IMG/VR virus record: IMGVR_UViG_3300006120_000016
Reading direction: 5' to 3' (one strand)
Source: an uncultured virus (IMG/VR IMGVR_UViG_3300006120_000016)
Taxonomy: Duplodnaviria > Heunggongvirae > Uroviricota > Caudoviricetes
DNA length: 64,000 nucleotides
Part shown: positions 17,646 through 26,998 of the stretch, in pieces
Layout: the number at the start of each line of letters is the position of its first letter
Position numbering within the stretch: the first letter of the stretch is position 1
The notes under the pieces: generated by a model
Told to the model about the DNA's origin: nothing
The model's database searches: none
Seen by the model: only the letters and a program-made list of their open reading frames with translations
Program-made: the position numbers and the translations under genes

Positions 17646-17674
17646 CTTATACAAGAATTGTTTTATGTTGACAA
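17646..17674 (-). promoter_or_regulatory. sigma70-type promoter directly upstream of the structured RNA
   Basis: TTGTCA-17 nt-TATAAG. The predicted start (~17640) falls at the 5' strand of the closing stem. Confidence 0.6.
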
Positions 17675-17686
17675 CATAATATCAAA

Positions 17687-18055
17687 TTATTTTGGTATAT
17701 ATCTTTCTAATACCTGAATATTAGATTTCTCTGGGTTAAAATATTTACAGAATATGTCTAAGACAACTTGAGGATCATATGGTTTACACGAAAAAATATC
17801 CACAAATGCTGCATTTTGATCTTTGGGACAAAAATGAAAAGTTACATTAGAATCCTGAAGTAATTGGAACCCACTCCAACCAATCTTTTTAGGGTCATTA
17901 GTTGTACACCATATCACATGAAGATCGCCAATTTTGATCATCTCAATAGTATCAAGAAGTTCATCTATAAACTTTTGAAACGTTTTTGTGCAATTGATCG
18001 ATATTGGATCACAACCAACTGCGTCAATTGCAGACAAAATTCCCCATGGTTCCAT
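17687..18055 (-). CDS. speD: S-adenosylmethionine decarboxylase proenzyme (SpeD/SpeH-like)
   Basis: WG....ID..GCD...F..EL...IEM...GWSGFQLLQDSNVTFHF......FVDIFSCKPYD. Confidence 0.8.
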   Translation of the reverse strand: MEPWGILSAIDAVGCDPISINCTKTFQKFIDELLDTIEMIKIGDLHVIWCTTNDPKKIGWSGFQLLQDSNVTFHFCPKDQNAAFVDIFSCKPYDPQVVLDIFCKYFNPEKSNIQVLERYIPK

Positions 18056-18093
18056 TTTAGTTCCTTAAAATCTAGATAAAGATATTATTTATA

Positions 18094-18261
18094 TTAATCT
18101 TCGTCTAGATCATACAGGGCATCAATATCCTTAGATCGGATAGCATTAGTCATTCTCTTATTTCGACGATGTTGTCGTCGTTCTTGAATGTCTTCACGAT
18201 AGTTATAATCTTCAACTCGATCAAACTTATTACGATTGTAATCATTTTCCGACTTAGCCAT
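18094..18261 (-). CDS. hypothetical 55-aa protein (not in the ORF track)
   Basis: Hand translation MAKSENDYNRNKFDRVEDYNYREDIQERRQHRRNKRMTNAIRSKDIDALYDLDED. Confidence 0.55.
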   Translation of the reverse strand: MAKSENDYNRNKFDRVEDYNYREDIQERRQHRRNKRMTNAIRSKDIDALYDLDED

Positions 18262-18298
18262 TATTAGCCACCGACGCCTTCGTTGTTCATATATACTC

Positions 18299-18327
18299 CT
18301 TATATATTAGTTTTATTGGTGTGTCAA
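18299..18327 (-). promoter_or_regulatory. sigma70-type promoter
   Basis: TTGACA-17 nt-TATAAG. Confidence 0.6.
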
Positions 18328-18333
18328 GTAAAT

Positions 18334-18963
18334 TTAAACTTGTGTTCCGCCATCTGACATAACATCTTCTCCTTCTTCACCATTCTCTGATGAGCCAGTT
18401 GTCTCCGCATGGGCGTTCCGAATGTGCATTGCCAGAGGGCCGGGTGAGTATAGACCATCCTCTCTTGAGGACTTGCACCCAAACGGACATGGAACCAACT
18501 TCCCCTTTGGGGGCACGTTTCCCTCTTCTGCTGGCCTATCTGGCAGCAAACCGGGAAAAGTATTCTTGACGAGATCATAGGTAATGCCCTTATATGGCAT
18601 CTGCTTATCCTTGATAGCAATCATAAGCTCTGCATCATCTGGATCTAGAACTTCAAGAAACTGAACAAACATAGTTTCTCGCTTTAGTTGATTGATATTT
18701 GGTGAAAGTCCTTCAATGAAAAAGTGTAGCTTTCTAGCTTCTCGGTAAAAAGATCCCTGAAGATCAAGGCGCTTTTCCATCTTATTGAATGGAGGACGAC
18801 CCTCTGGTAGTTGAAACTTTACTTCTGGATGAAAGCATGAATGAAGGACTTGAATAATTGCTGGAGTTCCTGCACAAGTAGATAGTGCATTCTGCCTCTC
18901 ATTGATATCCTTAATCTTTGAAATTTGTTCTAGGATCTCTGCGACCCCTAAAGTAGTAGACAT
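18334..18963 (-). CDS. conserved T4-like hypothetical protein with C-terminal C2H2-like zinc finger
   Basis: LPEG.PPF...E.RKL..F......KRETMFVQFLE.L...DAEL.I.IKDK, then CPFGC...HIRNAH. Confidence 0.7.
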   Translation of the reverse strand: MSTTLGVAEILEQISKIKDINERQNALSTCAGTPAIIQVLHSCFHPEVKFQLPEGRPPFNKMEKRLDLQGSFYREARKLHFFIEGLSPNINQLKRETMFVQFLEVLDPDDAELMIAIKDKQMPYKGITYDLVKNTFPGLLPDRPAEEGNVPPKGKLVPCPFGCKSSREDGLYSPGPLAMHIRNAHAETTGSSENGEEGEDVMSDGGTQV

Positions 18964-19148
18964 TAAATAGATTCCTTATATTGCATCAATTCACGAACGA
19001 TTAAAGCATACTTAGTAAGTGGATCTTGTTCCCACCTAATCGAACCAAAGTTATTAGTTTTAGGTTGTACACTATATATATTTTTGTGAGGATATAAAAG
19101 ACTATAGAGTTTAGATGCTAAAAACTTTTCTTCCATAGAAATCATCAA
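18963..19148 (-). CDS. hypothetical protein
   Basis: 61-aa ORF translationally coupled to both neighbours. Confidence 0.5.
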   Translation of the reverse strand: MMISMEEKFLASKLYSLLYPHKNIYSVQPKTNNFGSIRWEQDPLTKYALIVRELMQYKESI

Positions 19149-19975
19149 AAGTCTCCTATATCTGCCATAAGATGCTTCATTTTATGTTTCACAAAAAACC
19201 CAAATAGTTTTGATCTATCTCCAAATTCCTGAGATTCATATGCCTCAAGAATCTGAGCCTGAATATAATCAGGAATCTCGTTAAAGTCGATCAAAGTTTT
19301 ATTCCGAAGATAATTTCGATATACATCTTCAGGCATAGCTTTTGGATCATAACTAATTTCTTGTAGTCTTTTTGCTGTGATCGGCTTCTGACGAATGCCC
19401 ATTACAAAAGAATTGTCAGGAGAAAGACAGTTAGGGATCCCATCTCCGGAATCCCCCTTGATGATGTGTTCCATCAGATATTGCTCTGGATAAGAACAAT
19501 TAATCTCTTTCTTCATAATCGGACTGTATTGAGTAACCCGATGATATGACTGAAGCTGCATATAATCCTTATCTGAAGATGCAATAAGAATGCCTTCAGC
19601 ATGATAATGCTTAGTTAGAACTGCAATAATATCATCAGCTTCAGCATGAGGAACCTGAATTACCTTATACGGAAAGTTTTCCCGAAGCTCTTCTTTAAAC
19701 TTGTCTAGACAGACAAATACTGCATTCCAATCAACTTCAGAATCTTCACGAGACTTCTTTCGATGTGCCTTATAATAAGGAAAGGATTCCTTACGCCAGT
19801 AATTCTTATCATCACAGGCAATTACAACTTTACCATACTCCTTATACTTAACTTTAAGTGCTCTAATTGAATTAAGAAGAGTATGGCGTAGCAGATCTTC
19901 TTCAATCACAACATTCTTAGATCCGTTGGCAAATAATGAAGAAATTAGAAATTGGCTTAGATCAATAAGAATCAT
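19145..19975 (-). CDS. rnh: RNase H / 5'-3' exonuclease (T4 rnh)
   Basis: MILIDLSQ...YWRK..FPYYKAHRK...AEADDIIA...SSDKDY.QL...GDSGDGIPN.LS. Confidence 0.95.
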   Translation of the reverse strand: MILIDLSQFLISSLFANGSKNVVIEEDLLRHTLLNSIRALKVKYKEYGKVVIACDDKNYWRKESFPYYKAHRKKSREDSEVDWNAVFVCLDKFKEELRENFPYKVIQVPHAEADDIIAVLTKHYHAEGILIASSDKDYMQLQSYHRVTQYSPIMKKEINCSYPEQYLMEHIIKGDSGDGIPNCLSPDNSFVMGIRQKPITAKRLQEISYDPKAMPEDVYRNYLRNKTLIDFNEIPDYIQAQILEAYESQEFGDRSKLFGFFVKHKMKHLMADIGDF

Positions 19976-20373
19976 TTATTATCTCCAATAATGTCAACAT
20001 CGTTTGCCGGTAAAATTTCTTCCTTATTACCTAGAGCGAAATGATATCCACCATCTTCAGTTTCATGAACTTCAATGCCCTGAGAATCAAAAAAATCCTG
20101 AGCAGCATCTTGAAAAGGATGCCAATGTCCAGCACACTTCATAATAAGACCCTTGAATGACTCAAAGAAGAAAATCATCTCTGGACTAAACTCAATTTTA
20201 TCAATCTCTAGATCATATTCTTCATATAATGCATTTAGAGCATCATTGGCTACTAGAGTGCAAATATCATGAAGTTCATCAAGTTCATTGATTTCCTCAA
20301 TATTTTGAATCTTTTCTTTATGCTCTTCTTTCTTAATCCAACGATCTGTGAAATCAACTACATTATCTGTCAC
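19972..20373 (-). CDS. hypothetical acidic protein
   Basis: 133-aa ORF overlapping both neighbours; NVVDF N-terminus. Confidence 0.6.
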   Translation of the reverse strand: MTDNVVDFTDRWIKKEEHKEKIQNIEEINELDELHDICTLVANDALNALYEEYDLEIDKIEFSPEMIFFFESFKGLIMKCAGHWHPFQDAAQDFFDSQGIEVHETEDGGYHFALGNKEEILPANDVDIIGDNK

Positions 20374-21437
20374 TTAATAATCCTTAATATTACGGTAAAC
20401 TCGTTCATTCTCGGGCTTGCACATGTTGATGAGGTCTTGATATTTGACATAAAATTCCTCAGTGCCACTTTTCCAGATGACAATAGATTCTGGATCAATT
20501 GTGCTTGGAGGTTGGGGCGAATCGACTTCGACACGCTCAATTCGATATCCAATCCCGTAATACTTGTCCCCTTCACTCCTAGACCAGTCGGACTCATTGA
20601 TACGATCTGGCTGAGTTTCCTCGTCTTCGTGTTGAATGTCCATATCTGACTTGCTCCAATAATGTCTGCAGGATTAACTGAAACTATCTTTAGTTCCGGA
20701 TATTCCTTCTGATACTGCAAAGTCTTCACCAAGTCAATAGCAGATTTAACTTTCTTTGCACGAGGCTTGCGAACCTTAGCAACTTTCTTATTGCCAATAT
20801 ATCTATTTAGATCATCAATCACACCCTGCATGAAAGTGCGTTCGAACTTCAACTTCTTACCAAAAGATTCTTTCACCTGTTCATCATCAGAATGAATCTC
20901 ATCATAGATAGGCTGATAATATTCCAGAATTTTCTTAGCCGAAACTGGGGTTACCTGTTTACTCTGAAGAAACTCATACATTGATGAACGTTCATCAATA
21001 ACCAATGATTCAGCATCAGATAGAAAGTTATTAGTATTGTGCCTAATACGATCCTGAACAGAGATTGTTGAAGAAACTGCCTTTGGTTCATCTTTGACTC
21101 CATATAGTGCATTCAGTCGAAGACGATCTTCAAACCTTTCCATATATGTATCATTGAATATTGTTCCATTCATCATCATACGAGCCGTCCAGCCAGCAGT
21201 TGTGCTAGTCCGCCAATCTGGAGCAGAACGAATTTCATCGATTAGTTTTGGAGATCGCTTATTCTTTTTCAAATACTCAATAATCCATTTCTTTGCCTGA
21301 GCATGATCGTGCATATAATTATAGAAATTATATGCTTCTGTTAATTGTTCTTCAGTAGCAATACCTACAATAACAGGTTCATCACCATAATGCTTCTGAT
21401 CAAAAGACTTCGTAATTCTCTTCTTAGTAATAGCCAT
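20370..21437 (-). CDS. conserved T4-like hypothetical protein
   Basis: EAYNFYNY...KVRKPRAKK...SVNPADIIGA...FNTKTRKL...GVKGTSI. Confidence 0.7.
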   Translation of the reverse strand: MAITKKRITKSFDQKHYGDEPVIVGIATEEQLTEAYNFYNYMHDHAQAKKWIIEYLKKNKRSPKLIDEIRSAPDWRTSTTAGWTARMMMNGTIFNDTYMERFEDRLRLNALYGVKDEPKAVSSTISVQDRIRHNTNNFLSDAESLVIDERSSMYEFLQSKQVTPVSAKKILEYYQPIYDEIHSDDEQVKESFGKKLKFERTFMQGVIDDLNRYIGNKKVAKVRKPRAKKVKSAIDLVKTLQYQKEYPELKIVSVNPADIIGASQIWTFNTKTRKLSQIVSMSPTGLGVKGTSITGLDIELSVSKSIRPNLQAQLIQNLLSSGKVALRNFMSNIKTSSTCASPRMNEFTVILRIIK

Positions 21438-21439
21438 AA

Positions 21440-21910
21440 TTAAACTTTCATGTTCCTATGTTTCCATTTCCAATACAATCCAACTTCTTTTCCAAATGCC
21501 TCAACTTCCCATGGAGCATCAAAATATGGATGATCATTTTCTTTTGGAAACCATTTTTCGCCTTTCCAAACTCGATCAAATGATAAAATCTCTTCTGGAG
21601 ATAAAGCCATTACATTATATAATTCACCTAGAGCATACTGCTTTACATGAACCATCTCGTGTGCAAGTGTGGAATAAATACCAATATCACACAGATTAGG
21701 ATTTATGTCAATAGTAAACTCTCTTGGAAATTCTAATTCGTCGTCTGTCAAACAATGCCCAGCAACATCTAATTCATAATCAAGTTCAATATCGATTTTC
21801 ATATCACGATAAACATCTTCATCCATTAGTATAGAAGCATAAAACTCAACTGCTTCACATATAAAGTTTGTTTGTCTATCTGATTGGGAACCAAATACTC
21901 CAATATCCAT
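21440..21910 (-). CDS. HEXXH zinc metallopeptidase-like protein
   Basis: TLAHEMVHVKQY..GEL...Y...PWEVEA. Likely start is MDIGVF (21910), because a promoter overlaps the longer start. Confidence 0.75.
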   Translation of the reverse strand: MDIGVFGSQSDRQTNFICEAVEFYASILMDEDVYRDMKIDIELDYELDVAGHCLTDDELEFPREFTIDINPNLCDIGIYSTLAHEMVHVKQYALGELYNVMALSPEEILSFDRVWKGEKWFPKENDHPYFDAPWEVEAFGKEVGLYWKWKHRNMKV

Positions 21911-21966
21911 TCCTTGATTCCTTTTTGATCTAGTTGGATTAGAAAGATTTTCAACCCTATAATAGG

Positions 21967-21995
21967 AGTATATAGGTGATTCAAACATATGTCAA
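21967..21995 (-). promoter_or_regulatory. sigma70-type early promoter heading the minus-strand block
   Basis: TTGACA-17 nt-TATACT. Confidence 0.75.
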
Positions 21996-22005
21996 TAGAG
22001 TTTTA

Positions 22006-22013
22006 TATAAATA
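22006..22013 (+). promoter_or_regulatory. T4-type late promoter
   Basis: TATAAATA upstream of gp25. Confidence 0.8.
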
Positions 22014-22038
22014 GAAAATAAAGATTTAGGAGCATAAA

Positions 22039-22446
22039 GTGGCATCTCCAACTCCAGTGCAGCAACAGGTATATTATTCTGATTTTCTTAGAGATTTCAA
22101 AAAGAATCCTATGACGAATGATCTTGCCCGTGTTACTAATGAGCAGTCTATTATAAACTCTGTGATGAAAATTCTCAAGACAAATAATTATGAAGTCCCA
22201 TATGCTCCTAATTTTGGTGCTAATCTAAATCGTTTTCTCTTTGAAAATTTTATGCCTACCACTCAAGTTGAGATGACTAATGAGATAACGAATGCTATTA
22301 AAAACTACGAGCCAAGAGTTGAGATATTAGACATTGTGGTTAATGGGGATCCAGATCATAACTCAATCGATATTACGCTTACATTTTCTATCATAAATAA
22401 TCCAGCACCAATAACAATCACAACTTCGCTGGTAAGGGTTCGCTAA
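22039..22446 (+). CDS. gp25: baseplate wedge subunit gp25
   Basis: YSDF...F..NP.TNDL....NE.SI..SV..IL.T...E.PY.P.FG......LFE...I..YEPRV. Confidence 0.92.
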   Translation: MASPTPVQQQVYYSDFLRDFKKNPMTNDLARVTNEQSIINSVMKILKTNNYEVPYAPNFGANLNRFLFENFMPTTQVEMTNEITNAIKNYEPRVEILDIVVNGDPDHNSIDITLTFSIINNPAPITITTSLVRVR

Positions 22447-24209
22447 TGGCTAATAACACACTTGCTGTCAACAATTTAGATTTTGCTGGCCTTAGAGCAA
22501 ATTTTGTTCAGTTCATGCAAAATCAATCGAAATTTCAAGATTATAATTTTGAGGGATCTAATATCTCGACTATAATTGACTTGTTAACTTACAACACATA
22601 TATTAATAGCTTCTATACCAATATGGTTATGAACGAGATGTTTATGGATACCGCTACACTTAGAGATAGTGTGGTCAGTCATGCTAAAGATATCAACTAT
22701 ATTCCAAGATCTGCCAGATCTGCAGAAGCATATGTTGATATCACAATTTTTCCAACAGATTCTCCTACAACTATCACAATTCCCGGAGGAACGGTATTTC
22801 AATCAACAGATGGTAATGGCGGAAGCTATACTTTCTTGACATCTAATGATAATCACATTGTCCCACTTAATAATACATACACTATTACAAATGTACTTTT
22901 AGTTGAAGGCGTAAACGTCACAGAAACTTTTACAGTCAACACCGCAGTTTCAGACCAAAGATTTATTCTTTCGAATCCAAATATTGATACAACATCATTA
23001 CAAGTATATTTGACCAATTCTAGTGGATTAAATCAACAATGGGAATATCATACAAATCTTCTAGGAGTTACAACCACAACTCCAGCATATTTCCTACAGG
23101 CAACCGCAAACAATTATGAGATTGTCTTTGGGGATGGGGTTAGTGGATTATCTCCTGTAAATGGTTCTACAATTAGTGCAAATTATCGCGTATGTAATAT
23201 GGATGCTCCCAATGGAGTGACTCAATTTAAGTGCTCAAGCGCAATTGCAGGATATACAAATTATTTTGTATCGACTAGTAATGATTCTAATACCAATATT
23301 ATCGCAGCGGCAGGAGGAATGCAACCAGAATCAATATCTTCAATTAGATTTAATGCACCAAAATCATATCAAACTTTAGATCGTGCAGTGACTTCTGATG
23401 ATTATAGAACAATTCTTTTTGCTCAGTTTCCAGAGATTAGGGATGTGTATGTTTATGGAGGCGATGAAGCTTCTCCACCACAATATGGGACGGTTTATAT
23501 ATCTGTCGATATTTCAAATGAAATAGGACTTTCTCAAGTCGAACAAAACAAAATTCAATCATTCCTAATAAACAAAGTTCCAATTGGTATTACTCCAGAA
23601 GTAATTTCTGGTGATTACACATATGTATCGATTACGACAAACGTTTCATATAACCAGAATATTTCTTCTGCTGGAGAATCTGATATCCACACATTAGTGT
23701 TGAATGCCATCAATACGTATGCAACAAATAACCTAAATAAATTCAAAACAAGATTTAGATACAGTCAGCTTTTATCAGCAATCGACAACGCAGATTCATC
23801 TATCACAGATCAACAAACAACAACTCAGTTAATGAAAGTGTTGACTCCAACACTCAACACAACATTCTCACAGGCACTAAGTTATCAGAATGAATTTGTT
23901 CCGGGAACGATATCATCTAGCATTTTTACATATAACAATTTAAATTGTTCTATTATTGATGACTCTAAAGGATCCCTTAAAGTTGTATCAACTATTAGTG
24001 GAGTTCAGACTGTGGTAGGAACTGCCGGAACAGTTGATTATACTAATGGTATTATAAATTTGGTGAATTTTAATGTATCGGCATATCCTTCCCCACATAT
24101 GAAAATATATGCCACAACGGTAGTTGATGATTGTTCTACTGTCAGAAATATGATTTTGAGTACAGAAGCATCTGATATAGTTGTTACTGTGACAGGAATT
24201 AGAAACTAA
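22446..24209 (+). CDS. gp6: baseplate wedge subunit gp6
   Basis: LDF......F.DYNFEGS.IS.IIDLL.YNT...NEMFMDTATLRDSVVSHAK...FGDGV...RAVT.DDY. Confidence 0.93.
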   Translation: MANNTLAVNNLDFAGLRANFVQFMQNQSKFQDYNFEGSNISTIIDLLTYNTYINSFYTNMVMNEMFMDTATLRDSVVSHAKDINYIPRSARSAEAYVDITIFPTDSPTTITIPGGTVFQSTDGNGGSYTFLTSNDNHIVPLNNTYTITNVLLVEGVNVTETFTVNTAVSDQRFILSNPNIDTTSLQVYLTNSSGLNQQWEYHTNLLGVTTTTPAYFLQATANNYEIVFGDGVSGLSPVNGSTISANYRVCNMDAPNGVTQFKCSSAIAGYTNYFVSTSNDSNTNIIAAAGGMQPESISSIRFNAPKSYQTLDRAVTSDDYRTILFAQFPEIRDVYVYGGDEASPPQYGTVYISVDISNEIGLSQVEQNKIQSFLINKVPIGITPEVISGDYTYVSITTNVSYNQNISSAGESDIHTLVLNAINTYATNNLNKFKTRFRYSQLLSAIDNADSSITDQQTTTQLMKVLTPTLNTTFSQALSYQNEFVPGTISSSIFTYNNLNCSIIDDSKGSLKVVSTISGVQTVVGTAGTVDYTNGIINLVNFNVSAYPSPHMKIYATTVVDDCSTVRNMILSTEASDIVVTVTGIRN

Positions 24210-26995
24210 TGAATATCGATCAATTTATATCTGATATTGTTGCTCAACAATTTCCATCTTTTTATGAGACTGATGGGCCAAACCTTGTCGCATTTATTTT
24301 AGCATATTATGAATGGATGGAGCAACAAGGATATACAATAAATGCCTCCAGAAATTTAATGAATTATAAAGATATTGATACTACTATAGATCAGTTCATG
24401 AGTAGTTTCACTTACGAGTTTCTTCAACAATTTCCTGCAATTACCTTTGCAAATAAAAAGTTTCTGATTAAACACATTAAGGATTTTTATAAATCTAAAG
24501 GTAGCACTCAGGGGCTACAACTTTTATTCAGGTTATTATTTGATGATGATATCAATGTATATCTTCCCGGAAAGGATATTCTAAAAGCGTCTGATGGCGT
24601 TTGGAATGTTCCGGAATATATTGAAGTAGAACATAATCCTAGAACAATCGCTATGATTGGACAGCAAATTGTTGGATCTAAGTCTGGCTCTACTGCATTT
24701 GTTGAGAATGTTCATACTATAATTATTAAAAGTAGAATTATCGATGTTTTAACTTTAAGTTCTATTGAAGGAAGCTTTTTATTTGGCGAACTCGTAACCG
24801 AAAACGGAAGTTTTGCGGATGCTCCAATAATCACCGGGTCTTTAACTGAAATATCAATCGTCAACGGTGGTGCCAATAATAATGTTGGTGATATATTTAA
24901 TATTACATATTCAGATAGTGGTCAATATGGGTCCGCACGAGTTGCATCTGTTGCCAATAATACAGGAAGAGTTACTTTCAATCTAATTGATGGTGGATCT
25001 GGATATACCACAAACTCTTCTCAAGTTCATGTTTCCAATAACGTTTTAACTGTTAATAATGTTTCTGGTTCATATATAACATTTGATACAATCACTCAGC
25101 CCTTGGCTAATGTATTCATTTTGGTATCGTATCCCACCAACCCAAATACTGTTCAATTAGTTGGATCAAATTTATATGGATATGCCACAAACAACTCTCT
25201 GATTGCCAGTGGATTTGTTGTCGCAACATCAGGAAATAATCTGGCAATTAGTGTAACCAATGGTAACTTTGGGTTATCTGCTAATATTGCTACATATGCA
25301 AACAGTTTAGTTCTGGATGGATTTAATTTTACAAATACTACTTCACAAGCAGTTATAACAGGAACTAATTCTACTGCAATTGGCATTCATAATGTAATTA
25401 ATACATTTTATGGAAACGGCGCATATACTGTAAGCAATTCCGGAACCACCGCAAATTCTTTAGTTGTTGGTAAGGGGTCTGGTGCAACATTTGGAATTGG
25501 AACTCTGTATAATACAGAGCAGGAATTCCTTTATACTGATATGATTTCTGGGGTTGATTCTGCACAAATTCCATACTTGAATATGGTTATTAGTGGAGGA
25601 AATTCTAATGTTGGGCTGCTTACTATTGCGGGCAGTATCACTACAAATTCTGCCACAAATGTCGTAACTGGATTTGGAACAACGTTTATAGGAAATATTA
25701 TAGTTGGATCTGGTATATACGCATCAAACTCATCTGGAAACAATTACCTTGGAACGGTTTCATCAATTTCAAATAATACAATCCTAAACCTATCAGCAAA
25801 TTCTTTAGCTAATTGTGTTACCACAAATTTTGTTTATAATATAGGTCAATATGGATTTCCAAAAAATAACAGTTTTGGATATAATAATATCATTAATGAT
25901 GTTTTGGCATCAAATCTATATACCATCGGAACTATAGGTTCTTTGACTGGAATCGCTCCCGGAAACAATTATACTGCAACTCCATTTGTTGCAGTTAGGG
26001 ATGATCCTATTGCCGCCGCTGGAAGAAAAAATATTATTCTTGGTATAACAGGGCTGACAGGGATTATTGCGGTAAACGATGTGGTGTCTTCAACATTTTA
26101 TATCCCTACTCAAACCTTGGCCATAACCGGAAATACAACTTCATTTAAGGCAGCAAATTCGACCTATATTGGAGAAGGAGTTACACAAAGTAACGGAACC
26201 GCAAATTCATATGGTACAATATATACTGCAAACTCAACATATTTGGTGCTACAAAATATCAAAGGAAGTTTTGTTTCGGGATATAATGTTGTTGGATTGA
26301 CTTCTAATGCTACTGCCAGTGTCTCTACTGCAACATCTTTGACATCACAAACTCTGGCTGCTGGTGTTGTTGTATCTTCAAATAATGCAGCAATTCAAGT
26401 TAAACGGCAAACGTTTAATCAATCATTTGTAACTGGAACAACCATTACCTCTTCATCTGGAGGAACTGCAACGATCACTTCAATATCTCAAAATCAAAAT
26501 TCTTTAGATATGGGCAATAATGCCATTGTAGTCTCAAATGTATTTACAGCCACTGGTATTGCAACTTCTCTTCAAATCATTGATTCCGGATACGGACACC
26601 AACCAAATAATACTATAATTCTTCAGAACAATAATAATCCTTATGAAATTCAAGGTATAGCAAATGTAAACTATCAAGGAATTGGTCTGGGATATTGGAA
26701 AGATACTCGTGGCTTCTTAGATTCCGATAAATATATCATAGATGACACATATTATCAAGATTTTTCATATGAAATAAGATCGAAAATTTCTATGGATAAA
26801 TATGCTGATATTGTTAAACAGCTTGCACATGTTGTTGGCACTAAGATGTTTGGTTCTGTGAGCATTAGTTCTGAAACAACTAAACCGCTTATTGGATATT
26901 CATCATCAATTGGATTTATATATGAACAAGTTGTGGATAGAAATTCAAATCAAATTATCGATAGAATCGGTAATATTGTATTGCTAAGAGGATAA
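24209..26995 (+). CDS. gp7: baseplate wedge initiator gp7-like
   Basis: QFP.FY..DGP..VAF..AYYEW...KDFYKSKGS...LKASDG.W; C-terminal YYQDFSYEI...H.VG.KMFG. Confidence 0.75.
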   Translation: MNIDQFISDIVAQQFPSFYETDGPNLVAFILAYYEWMEQQGYTINASRNLMNYKDIDTTIDQFMSSFTYEFLQQFPAITFANKKFLIKHIKDFYKSKGSTQGLQLLFRLLFDDDINVYLPGKDILKASDGVWNVPEYIEVEHNPRTIAMIGQQIVGSKSGSTAFVENVHTIIIKSRIIDVLTLSSIEGSFLFGELVTENGSFADAPIITGSLTEISIVNGGANNNVGDIFNITYSDSGQYGSARVASVANNTGRVTFNLIDGGSGYTTNSSQVHVSNNVLTVNNVSGSYITFDTITQPLANVFILVSYPTNPNTVQLVGSNLYGYATNNSLIASGFVVATSGNNLAISVTNGNFGLSANIATYANSLVLDGFNFTNTTSQAVITGTNSTAIGIHNVINTFYGNGAYTVSNSGTTANSLVVGKGSGATFGIGTLYNTEQEFLYTDMISGVDSAQIPYLNMVISGGNSNVGLLTIAGSITTNSATNVVTGFGTTFIGNIIVGSGIYASNSSGNNYLGTVSSISNNTILNLSANSLANCVTTNFVYNIGQYGFPKNNSFGYNNIINDVLASNLYTIGTIGSLTGIAPGNNYTATPFVAVRDDPIAAAGRKNIILGITGLTGIIAVNDVVSSTFYIPTQTLAITGNTTSFKAANSTYIGEGVTQSNGTANSYGTIYTANSTYLVLQNIKGSFVSGYNVVGLTSNATASVSTATSLTSQTLAAGVVVSSNNAAIQVKRQTFNQSFVTGTTITSSSGGTATITSISQNQNSLDMGNNAIVVSNVFTATGIATSLQIIDSGYGHQPNNTIILQNNNNPYEIQGIANVNYQGIGLGYWKDTRGFLDSDKYIIDDTYYQDFSYEIRSKISMDKYADIVKQLAHVVGTKMFGSVSISSETTKPLIGYSSSIGFIYEQVVDRNSNQIIDRIGNIVLLRG

Positions 26996-26998
26996 CAG

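Noticed and set aside
18264..18290. 8-codon uORF MNNEGVGG
   Set aside because: Its RBS overlaps the -10 box, and it is too short to support without expression data.
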